NCBI GenBank assembly: GCA_963845065.1
Contig: CAWJQQ010000009.1
Span: forward strand, 704,001 to 768,000
Origin: Nitrospirota bacterium
Lineage (GTDB): Bacteria > Nitrospirota > UBA9217
Direction: 5' to 3'
DNA: 64,000 nt
Shown here: in pieces, positions 10,511 to 19,553 of the stretch
Position numbering within the stretch: the first letter of the stretch is position 1
Layout of the letters: each line of letters opens with the position of its first letter
The notes under the pieces: generated by a model
What the model was told of the DNA's origin: nothing
What the model saw: only the letters and a program-made list of their open reading frames with translations
The model's database searches: none
Position numbers and translations under genes: made by a program

Positions 10511-11140
10511 ATGATAAATGCAAATGGTATTACCGTATATGAAAACTTGATAGAAATAGTCGATCCCCGTCATTCGTGTCTCATCGTCTGGGATGTTCAA
10601 AATGGACTTGTAGACCGAATATTCAATAAGGAAGAGTTCATAGGCAATTTAAAACGTTTTGTGGAGATCTTGAGAAATAAATTGCCTGTTGCCTATACCC
10701 TGATAACTCCCACTCCGAGGGAGTTTCAGTCATCCTGGGGCATATTTAATATGATGCGGCGCTTTAATGTCAAGGAAGTAGACAAGTTGCCTAATTTCAT
10801 GCCCCCGGGTTCGCGAGAAAGAGAGATACCTGAGGCTGTAAAGCCGGCGAAAGGAGATCTCCTTCTTGATAAGGCGACGGCAAGCATTTTCATCGGAACA
10901 AATTTCGAGAATATGATGCGGAACAGGCATATAACGACGCTGATATTCACAGGCATTGCAACCGAGGCCGGGATCGAGTCATCTGCGCGTGATGCGTCAA
11001 ATAGAGGATTTTACCCGGTGGTTGTTTCCGATTGCGTGTCTTCGATGGACAAAGATGCGCATGGGCGATCGTTGAAAAATCTTGAAAAAGTAGCTATTGT
11101 AGAAAGCTCGTCAGGAATAGTAGATAGTATTGGACGTTAG
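10511..11140 (+). CDS. Isochorismatase / cysteine hydrolase family protein
   Basis: LIVWDVQN, DKATASIFIGT, GIATEAGIESSARDA and VVVSDC motifs. Confidence 0.85.
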   Translation: MINANGITVYENLIEIVDPRHSCLIVWDVQNGLVDRIFNKEEFIGNLKRFVEILRNKLPVAYTLITPTPREFQSSWGIFNMMRRFNVKEVDKLPNFMPPGSREREIPEAVKPAKGDLLLDKATASIFIGTNFENMMRNRHITTLIFTGIATEAGIESSARDASNRGFYPVVVSDCVSSMDKDAHGRSLKNLEKVAIVESSSGIVDSIGR

Positions 11141-11215
11141 GCCATCATAAAGTATTTTGTGTATGAGAGTATTGATTACATCTATCTACAAATATGTGAA
11201 TAGGTGGGATCTTTC

Positions 11216-11881
11216 ATGGATATCATTGATGCTATAAACACACGGTTTACCGTCCGCGCTTTTAAGCCTGTCCCCATCGACCGCAACACGCTCGAAAAAG
11301 TCATTGAGGCGGCACTCAGAGCGCCTTCCTGGGGCAATACCCAACCATGGGAGGTCTACATAGCTGGCGGCGATGTCTTGAACAGACTGCGCGAGGCATA
11401 TATTGCGAACCTTAAAAACTGCGTTGCGCGAAACCCCGATCTTGCCGCGCCTAAGCAATGGCCGTTACCACTCCAAAAACGGATGGAGGCCATGCGATCC
11501 GAACGCATGGAAACTCTTGAGCGGGTCTGCCTGGACAAATCCGAACTCAAGGATCTGTCGGAAATGAATTATCATTTCTTTCATGCTCCGGTGGTCGCGT
11601 ATATTTGCATGGATCGCACACTTACCTCCTGGTCGATTTTCGACCTGGGCCTATTTTCTCAAAGCCTTATGTTGGCGGCGTGTCACTTCGGCCTCGATTC
11701 AGCTACGGCAGTAACCCTTGTTGCCCATCCTGACCTGATCAGGAAGGAACTGAAAATCCCGGATGACCTGTCGATCATCATCGGAATAGCGCTCGGGTAT
11801 GCGGATGCCGAACATCCGCAGAACAAATATCGAACGCATCGGCGGTCCGTTCAGGAAGCGGTCACGTTCAAGGGGATTTAG
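11216..11881 (+). CDS. Nitroreductase family protein
   Basis: RFTVRAF, RAPSWGNTQPW and GIALGY motifs. Confidence 0.9.
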   Translation: MDIIDAINTRFTVRAFKPVPIDRNTLEKVIEAALRAPSWGNTQPWEVYIAGGDVLNRLREAYIANLKNCVARNPDLAAPKQWPLPLQKRMEAMRSERMETLERVCLDKSELKDLSEMNYHFFHAPVVAYICMDRTLTSWSIFDLGLFSQSLMLAACHFGLDSATAVTLVAHPDLIRKELKIPDDLSIIIGIALGYADAEHPQNKYRTHRRSVQEAVTFKGI

Positions 11882-12082
11882 TGTATGTGCGTATCGTTCT
11901 GGCATATAGGCTGTTGATGTATCCTGTTGCTAATAAAGAAGACGTATGCTAAGTCTGAAAATTATAAATTAATGGAATAGGTGAATCTACTTTGTAGCTG
12001 GTACTGCAGAAGCTTTCACCACTGCCTTGATATATTCACTGCGCATTTTTTCGGTATTTGCTATCTAATAGAGGTTGAACGT

Positions 12083-13150
12083 ATGTCGAAAGTCATGATC
12101 TATCCTGCCAGTTATGATAATGTCCTTGATGCCGTTGAATGGGCATTTGAACTCTTTCCTGTAGCGTTATCGGGGAAAAAAGTCCTGATAAAGCCAAACG
12201 TTCTTCGAAGCTCAGAAGCAAAGGAGGGAATCGTCACCAATCCTGCTGTTCTACGCGCCGTCGTGGAAAAGGTGGAAACAATGGGCCCCGCCTCCATTAT
12301 TGTGGGAGATAATCCAGGCTTGGTCAGTTACGGTGCAAACGAAGAGAGCTTTACCAAGACGGGCCTGATGGAAGCGGCCAAAGGTTACTATCAGAACATC
12401 GGAAATGATTCTCAAAAGGTTGCCTTCAATCCCAAATATATGTCTACCGTCAGCATTTCCCGGGCCGTGCTGGAAGCTGATATTATCATTAGTCTGCCTA
12501 AATTCAAAACGCACGGTTTGACCGTTGTGACCGGAGCAATTAAGAACAGTTACGGTTTATTGCCAGGTGCGCAGAAAGCCATGCTACACAAGACTGCCGG
12601 GAACCCGACAAATTTTAACGAGTTAGTGGTCGAGGTATTTCAGCTCCGAGTACCGGATTTGTTCATTGTCGACGCTGTAGTCGGAATGGAAGGCAATGGT
12701 CCGGCTTCCCCCGACCTCAGAAATATCGGAGTAATCCTTGCTTCTGACAATGCTGTTGCCGTTGACGCAGTTATTGCGACTATGATGGGCTGCGACCCTG
12801 GGCGACTGCGTTTCCTTCAGAAAGCGAAAGAGGCTGGTCTGGGCGACTATGACCTCAGTACGATTGAAATCATCGGGGAGCTGAAACGCTTGCCCGATTT
12901 CAAGCTACCCCCACTGGGTGGTGAAGCAGTATTCCACAATGAGGCCATGCAGTCACTGATCCATACGCGGGCAGCATTTCGTCCTCAGGCTGATCCCGAG
13001 AAGTGCACGAGCTGCGGTACTTGCGTTGATCATTGTCCAGTATCGGCTTTATCCATGGTTGGGAATATCCCACAGGTGAATGCCGACATTTGTATAGCTT
13101 GCTTTTGCTGCCAGGAAATGTGCCCAGAGAAAGCCATTACGCTCCGATGA
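12083..13150 (+). CDS. DUF362 domain protein with C-terminal 2x[4Fe-4S] ferredoxin domain
   Basis: IKPN, PKFKTH, AIKNSYG and MEGNGP motifs; CTSCGTCVDHCP and CIACFCCQEMCP. Confidence 0.9.
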   Translation: MSKVMIYPASYDNVLDAVEWAFELFPVALSGKKVLIKPNVLRSSEAKEGIVTNPAVLRAVVEKVETMGPASIIVGDNPGLVSYGANEESFTKTGLMEAAKGYYQNIGNDSQKVAFNPKYMSTVSISRAVLEADIIISLPKFKTHGLTVVTGAIKNSYGLLPGAQKAMLHKTAGNPTNFNELVVEVFQLRVPDLFIVDAVVGMEGNGPASPDLRNIGVILASDNAVAVDAVIATMMGCDPGRLRFLQKAKEAGLGDYDLSTIEIIGELKRLPDFKLPPLGGEAVFHNEAMQSLIHTRAAFRPQADPEKCTSCGTCVDHCPVSALSMVGNIPQVNADICIACFCCQEMCPEKAITLR

Positions 13151-13226
13151 ACGCAAGATATGTTCGGTCATGTCATGTAAGTGCGTAGCAAGACTTGTCA
13201 TCTTTATCTAAGGGAGAATACACAAC

Positions 13227-13877
13227 GTGAAACTAATCGCCATCAACGGTAGTCCAAGAAAAAGCTGGAATACGGCAACGCTACTGAAAAAAACAATTGA
13301 AGGGGCGCAGGCCGCAGGAGCGGAAACCGAGTTGATCCATCTCTATGATCTCGCCTTCAAAGGCTGCACGAGTTGTTTCTCGTGTAAATTGATCGACTCG
13401 CCCAACAAGGGAAAATGCGCCATGAAAGACGAACTCACCCCTGTTTTAAAAATGATCGAGGACCAAGCCGATGCAGTGGTGCTGGGAACTCCGGTCTATT
13501 TTGGGTCCATGTCCGGAGAGTTGAAATCATGCATGGAACGCCTTCTCTTTGCCCCTCTTGTGTATTCTCAGCCTTCACGATCCCTTTTCCCGCGCAAAGT
13601 ACGGACTGCGATGATCTACACGATGAATGTTTCCGAGGAAATGAGCGCGCAGATCGGCTACCATGCAATGATGAGCGCAACAGAAGCATCTTTAAAGAGG
13701 ATCTTCGGTGAGGTCGAAACCTTGTGCAGCTATGACACGTATCAGTTCCCTGACTATTCAAAAGTCATCATGGAGCACTTTGATCCTGAGAAGAAGGCTT
13801 TGAGACGTAAAGAAATATTCCCCGTTGACTGTCAGAAAGCCTTCGATTTGGGCCATCGCTTTGCCACAAAAGGATAA
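13227..13877 (+). CDS. Flavodoxin-fold iron-sulfur flavoprotein / NADPH-dependent FMN reductase
   Basis: NGSPRKSWNT, GCTSCFSCK..C and GTPVYFG motifs. Confidence 0.88.
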   Translation: MKLIAINGSPRKSWNTATLLKKTIEGAQAAGAETELIHLYDLAFKGCTSCFSCKLIDSPNKGKCAMKDELTPVLKMIEDQADAVVLGTPVYFGSMSGELKSCMERLLFAPLVYSQPSRSLFPRKVRTAMIYTMNVSEEMSAQIGYHAMMSATEASLKRIFGEVETLCSYDTYQFPDYSKVIMEHFDPEKKALRRKEIFPVDCQKAFDLGHRFATKG

Positions 13878-14104
13878 ACATGACTTACTACATGAAGGGA
13901 TGAATTAACGAGTCACTTGGAAAGGCGCAAGTCGAATTAATGTCATCTATCCTATCAGTCATTCTAAAGCAGAACGCACTTGCGTTCGACGATGATTTTG
14001 CATATTTTGCATCGTTCTTTGCGCAATATGCTCTTATATAGAGGGAACATAAATCTCGACGGGGCACGATGACCTGAGCCACCTGTGCCCCCTCAGGAGG
14101 AGCA

Positions 14105-15100
14105 ATGAACTACATCAATCTTGGCAAGACCGGACTCAAAGTTTCCCGCATTTGTCTCGGCTGCATGAGCTATGGAGCGCCTGCTATCGGTGAACTTAAA
14201 CCTGGCAGACATGCCTGGACTCTGAACGAAGAAGAGAGCGGACCCTTCTTTCGTCAGGCGCTTAATCTCGGGATTAACTTCTTTGACACTGCGAATGTCT
14301 ACTCAGGCGGTGCTAGCGAAGAGGTTCTTGGACGGTTTCTGAAAGCCAACGTCCGTCGCGAAGCCGTCGTCATCGCCACCAAGGTCCACAGCGTCATGCG
14401 CGACGAACCCAACGGCCGAGGTCTCTCCCGTAAAGCCATCTTTTATGAACTCGACCAGAGTCTCCTCCGTTTGCAGACCGACTATGTGGACCTCTACCAA
14501 ATTCACCGCTGGGATTACGAAACGCCGATCGAAGAAACGCTCGAAGCGCTGCATGATGTGGTGAAATCCGGCAAGGTGCGTTATATAGGCGCCTCATCTA
14601 TGCATGCATGGCAGCTCACTAAAGCTCTTTATCTGGCCGACCTTCACGGCTGGACCCGTTTCGTTTCCATGCAGGATCATTACAACCTGCTTTATCGTGA
14701 AGAGGAGCGCGAAATGATCCCCCTTTGCCAGTCCGAAGGAATTGGTGTCATTCCCTGGAGCCCTCTCGCGCGCGGTCGCCTAGCTCGTCCGTGGCTAAGC
14801 GAGCATACCAAACGCTATGAAACGGACCAGTTCGGGAAGAGCATGTACTCGCATACCGAAGAAATTGACCATAAGGTTGTGGACCGCTTGGGTCAGATCG
14901 CAGAACGACGTGGAGTTCCCCGTGCTCAGCTCGCTCTCGCCTGGCTACTCAGCAAGCCGGTCACCGCTCCTATTGTTGGCGCAACCAAGTCGCATCATCT
15001 ACTGGACGCAGTAGCAGCGCTCGCATTACGTTTGACGCCTGAGGAAATTGCTTCGCTTGAGGAGCCGTATATGCCACATCAAGTGCTCGGCTTCAGTTGA
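14105..15100 (+). CDS. Aldo/keto reductase
   Basis: LGKTGLKVSRICLG, FDTANVY, ATK, DLYQIH and PWSPLARG motifs; RBS AGGAGG. Confidence 0.95.
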   Translation: MNYINLGKTGLKVSRICLGCMSYGAPAIGELKPGRHAWTLNEEESGPFFRQALNLGINFFDTANVYSGGASEEVLGRFLKANVRREAVVIATKVHSVMRDEPNGRGLSRKAIFYELDQSLLRLQTDYVDLYQIHRWDYETPIEETLEALHDVVKSGKVRYIGASSMHAWQLTKALYLADLHGWTRFVSMQDHYNLLYREEEREMIPLCQSEGIGVIPWSPLARGRLARPWLSEHTKRYETDQFGKSMYSHTEEIDHKVVDRLGQIAERRGVPRAQLALAWLLSKPVTAPIVGATKSHHLLDAVAALALRLTPEEIASLEEPYMPHQVLGFS

Positions 15101-15574
15101 GCCTAAGTCCGGATCCGCCGGCTTGGAATGCGAAGCTGACTTTTTTGTTAATCACCTACGCGAGCGGCAGCTGTGACGTGAACCTTCGTTATATCCCACT
15201 AGACAAACTTCAACTCGGAGAGACTTACTGGTCATGCTCACAGCTGACTAGTCTAAAATATTGAATTCCCCTGCCATCCGCATTTCTTTTAAAACTGATA
15301 AGCATAAATGTTTTTAAAAAATAAAGTTTCGCAGATTGAGTAAAGCAGCTCGAAATCCAAAATAATCTAACCGTGCGGTTCGAATGGCTATTCAACGGAC
15401 CCATAGATAAATACTTTTCTTAATATACTGCAATCGTCTTTCTAGAGCGCCAGTGCAAAATTGTAATAGGCACAGTTAGGAGAGCGAGAATCACCAAAAA
15501 AAATGAAAAACAGTTTAAAGATTTTGGTCAATTGTACCCTCCTGAAACAGAAATTGTTGTAAATATTTTATAAT

Positions 15575-15715
15575 TTTATAAAACCTGTCCTTGAATACCC
15601 AGCAGTTCTACTGATGGGATGAAAAGGACAATCCTGACGAAGTCAGGATAAGAATCTGATTGGTTTTAGGTTCTATCGGTTTTGATGCCCCGCAGCTCTG
15701 CTGCGGGGTAATTCA
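15575..15715 (+). repeat. 141-bp triple-hairpin MITE, copy 1 (IS200/IS605-derived, non-autonomous)
   Basis: Near-identical to 24460-24600 and 38160-38300; starts TTTAT, ends TTCA; three hairpins. Confidence 0.9.
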
Positions 15716-15770
15716 TTTTGTCAAACCTAATTGGTGTCCCAGATGAGTCCCTTTCGTCTGCGCCTATCAA

Positions 15771-16199
15771 TCAATGGATTTGCATGAAGGGAAACTGCGA
15801 TCGTAGGGCTTTGCCCATGTTACAGTCGATTTTACTGATATGAAGTAGGAGCCAGTTCGTGATCCAGTGCCGAATCTCTCGGCATAGTAGCTGGCACTTT
15901 TCCGTACGTTTCAAGTCCTGCTCGAACTCCGTCAAATCTCGGATGAACGACCGGTGAGCTTCCTTGTTATTCCGGTGCAGATCTTCTTCTGTAAGGAGGA
16001 GCCGGTCGAAATACTCCTCTTCGGACCGAAAGTGGTGCAGTGTGTATTCCCGCATGAATTTGATGAGGCGCTTGAGTTCCTCGTCTGGGGCGTCAGCCTC
16101 TGCGGCCGCGAAAAAGAAGTTTGCATGACTGAACAATTCTCTGTGTTGAGCATCCACGTTCTCAATGGATGTTGTGATGGCCAGCGTCCAAACAAGCAT
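15771..16199 (-). CDS. Single-domain bacteriohemerythrin
   Basis: W..VDAQHRELF, HFRSEE and WLLLHISKID motifs; RBS AGGAGAGG. Confidence 0.85.
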   Translation of the reverse strand: MLVWTLAITTSIENVDAQHRELFSHANFFFAAAEADAPDEELKRLIKFMREYTLHHFRSEEEYFDRLLLTEEDLHRNNKEAHRSFIRDLTEFEQDLKRTEKCQLLCREIRHWITNWLLLHISKIDCNMGKALRSQFPFMQIH

Positions 16200-17428
16200 A
16201 ACCCACCTCTCCTTTACCTGTGATGCTACTGTTATAATGGCAATTTCTGAGCCATATAGACAACAGCCATATATCGCAGCCTTCCTATTTGAGCATTAAA
16301 CGATCAATAAAAACCAGTGCATCTGCTCAAAAAATATCACATTAACTTCTATGCTTAAAAGTTATCATAATCTTCACTTTATTATTATCGGATTATTTTT
16401 AAAAAAACTTTAGATATTAAAGGCAGTAAGAGAAAAACTTTTTTTTGTATAGTCACACAATGAGTATTTTGGTAAGCACGGAACCTATTAAATGAAAAGC
16501 TCTCAGAAAGTGTTCATCTCACTTCCGAGTTCATGTGTAATTTACAAAATACATCTTTTGCGACCATCGTCGTATCCCACCTATTGCCATCCTGCTCCTT
16601 TGATAACGCATGAAATTGTGAATACATTCCGTCTTTTAGTTTGTATTAAATTTATAAAGGTATAATTTCCAACTTCTCTATATCCTTCAATTATCTCTAA
16701 TAATATTATAGTTTCAAGATAATATTACGATAAGACTATTGTATATTGATGACTTATGTTTTCTATGACGATAGATTAATTATGTTGAAGGCAGAAAGTT
16801 AAGCATAAGATTTAAGCGTGAGCTCAAAAAAATGGATGGGTTAGCACTTAAATTCATTTATTACGATACATAGTGGTAATAATCAAGTCTTTGTGATGAC
16901 CATTCGGTAGTCGGTTGATTGGCTTGTGAATCATATCTATAAGTCCGATAAGGCCTGGCTCAATATCTTCAATAATGAGTTCTGCCAGATTCTGGCGCTT
17001 AAAACTATTTATTCGAATCCAAATATTTAACGAGAGGAAAGCGGATCTAAAGCTTGTAAAACTTGTCTCCCAAGGGTAACTCGACAAAAACAGTCGTGTC
17101 TGAAGTACGTGTTCCAGCAATCTTCGACCCACATTTAACGCTTGTTTCGTCAGTTGAAATTACGGACGAGGTGTTCGCTAGAGGAACAGTGAATTATCAG
17201 AATTGAATAATATGGGCTTAATCATTCAGCGCATAACACTTCCTAGCCTGGTTATATCTGAAGCATGAATATTTATTAAACTCGTTTCGCTCGATTCACC
17301 TTTGAGGTATTTACCCCGCAGGTAGGCAAGGGGGATGTTTCGTGCCTCCCTGACAAAATGTTGCAAAAGAAATCATTATAGTCAGACTCAACCCTAACAT
17401 GATTCATCTTAAAAGAGAGAGGATGTAA

Positions 17429-19051
17429 ATGTTATCGCTAGTATTAAACCAGACCTCCTATCAAATAAGCCCGTTTGCGCTTCCAGTACTTTTCGTGGGA
17501 GCAGCGCTTGTCGTCTTGGGATTTTATGTCGCGGTCCACGAACGCAGATCGCGAATCGGAATAATTTTTTTTCTTTTTGACATTACAGTCAGCCTCTATT
17601 TGATTGGAATGGGTATCAATTACTCCGCCCGCGATGCCAATGTAGCGATGTTCTGGATTAAGATCGCCCATATAGGTCTGCTTTTTATACCCAGTACGGC
17701 TCTTTACCTAACAGTAATGCGCCTACAGTTGACCCATCGTCATCGTTTTCTTACCTTAGGTGTTTTTGTTCTGTCCTTCCTTCTTGTCCTTTCATCATTT
17801 CGCAACAAATTTCTACTGAAGGGTGTCGATCTTTTTTTCTGGGGATACTACGGCCAGTACGGTACAATGGGGTTTGTGACTTTACTGTTTGTAATCACTG
17901 TGATGGCCTATGTCTTGAATCTCTACTGGCAAGAATACCGGCTGAGCAAAACCGAAAAGCAAAAGAAGAGATTTCGTGGAATATTTATCGCATTTAGCAT
18001 AGGCACGCTTGCCGTAGTTGACGTCATCCCCACGTTCGGAATTGGGTTCTATCCCTTCGGATACATCCCGATGTTTATTTTTCTCGTCATCATGGCTTAT
18101 GTCATTACGCATTATCATCTCGCTGATATCTCACCCGAATCCGCTGCAAGTCAGATCCTAGAAATGATGCAGGGTGCTGTAATCGTTGTCGACATGGAGG
18201 ATAGAATTCGGGTAGTAAACCGCGTTGCTCTGGAATTACTCGGGTGCGAGAAGGCCGACCTGCTAAACAAGGATCTAGTTTCGGTGATCGATCTCAAGAC
18301 CAACGGAAAAGGTAGTCGTGGCGCCCATGAAGATATCCGTTCGCTTGAAATGATCTGGATCGCCAAGAACGGTCAGCAACACGAGGTCGAAGTTTCTTCG
18401 TCTCCCATTACCGACGTTCGCGACAATGCTAGAATAGGTTTTGTATTCGTCGCTCACGACATCACGAAGAGAAAGCAAACAGAGCAGCGACTTGAACAGC
18501 TTGCGCTGTACGATGCGCTAACTGGGCTGCCCAATCGTGTACTGTTCTACGAACGGATGGGTCAGCTTCTAGCGCTGGCGAAGCGAAATAGGAATGTTCT
18601 CGCGATTCTTTATATGGATCTGGACCGGTTCAAGGCCATCAACGATACGCTAGGGCATAAAGTCGGCGATGCCTTGCTGTCCCAGGTGTCGCAACGGATG
18701 AAGGCTTCCATCCGCAGCTCGGATACCATTGCTCGGATGGGCGGGGATGAATTCATAGGTGTATGCGGTTTTATTACAGCACCCGGGGATGCGGCAACAG
18801 TTGCTGAAAAAATCATAAAAATCCTCTCGGAGCCTTTTTTCATCAAGGGCAATGAATGTTGCATAGGAGTAAGTGTCGGCATTAGTCTGTATCCCCAGGA
18901 TGGCGACGATGTCGAATCGCTCGTATCAAAGGCCGATGCCGCCATGTATCGCGTTAAGGAAAACGGAAAAGGTTGCTACCAATATTATAGCGATACCCGG
19001 CCAGGTCGCTTAACTGTGATTGACGGTTCCGTCAGCAAGAATATCGTTTAA
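17429..19051 (+). CDS. 7TM-PAS-GGDEF diguanylate cyclase
   Basis: Multiple N-terminal TM helices, PAS/PAC (HDITKRK), DALTGLPNR, I-site RSSD and intact GGDEF. Confidence 0.92.
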   Translation: MLSLVLNQTSYQISPFALPVLFVGAALVVLGFYVAVHERRSRIGIIFFLFDITVSLYLIGMGINYSARDANVAMFWIKIAHIGLLFIPSTALYLTVMRLQLTHRHRFLTLGVFVLSFLLVLSSFRNKFLLKGVDLFFWGYYGQYGTMGFVTLLFVITVMAYVLNLYWQEYRLSKTEKQKKRFRGIFIAFSIGTLAVVDVIPTFGIGFYPFGYIPMFIFLVIMAYVITHYHLADISPESAASQILEMMQGAVIVVDMEDRIRVVNRVALELLGCEKADLLNKDLVSVIDLKTNGKGSRGAHEDIRSLEMIWIAKNGQQHEVEVSSSPITDVRDNARIGFVFVAHDITKRKQTEQRLEQLALYDALTGLPNRVLFYERMGQLLALAKRNRNVLAILYMDLDRFKAINDTLGHKVGDALLSQVSQRMKASIRSSDTIARMGGDEFIGVCGFITAPGDAATVAEKIIKILSEPFFIKGNECCIGVSVGISLYPQDGDDVESLVSKADAAMYRVKENGKGCYQYYSDTRPGRLTVIDGSVSKNIV

Positions 19052-19088
19052 AACATGTGGAGTTTCATTTTTTAAAATTGCGGTTATT

Positions 19089-19271
19089 GTCGATCCTGCG
19101 GTAAAGGCGTTAGTATCAAGCGGATATTCTGAGGATGCTGCCACGACAAACTATGAAAAGGAAGGATTCAAGGCTTTTCTGGACAAACCTTATACCCTTG
19201 ATGCTCTCAGAGAAGTCATAAACAAGGTGTTTAATATTCGAAGCCGGTTTGAGGGCAGCATCGTGCGGTGA
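19089..19271 (+). pseudogene. Orphan C-terminal half of a receiver (REC) domain
   Basis: VDPAVKALVSSGYSEDA..GFKAFLDKPYTLDALREV parallels the REC tail of 19554-22517; no N-terminal half or phospho-Asp. Confidence 0.75.
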
Positions 19272-19553
19272 GATCTGAAAAATAGTAGAGATTCACCATG
19301 AGGGCTGTGTCCCAATTAAATTGCAGAATATCGATTGGAACATACAGCAAATAACCTTCATGTATTCTGCAGCACTGCGAGATATTAAAATTACATAGAT
19401 TGTCTCGAATTAATGGCCCCACAATCGCCTGGGTTGTATATAATTTTTCGTCTGATGCTTTAATATTTGCTAAAGTGCTTAATTTATGACAAACACACAT
19501 TATAAAAACGTGATGAGTCTCGGTTCCTTTCATGAAAGTTTAGTGGAGGACTT

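Noticed and set aside
7606..15100. Integron cassette array explaining the co-oriented redox genes
   Set aside because: Spacers share no repeat and lack paired RYYYAAC..GTTRRRY boxes; GTTAGGC at 11137 simply overlaps a stop codon; no integrase in the window.
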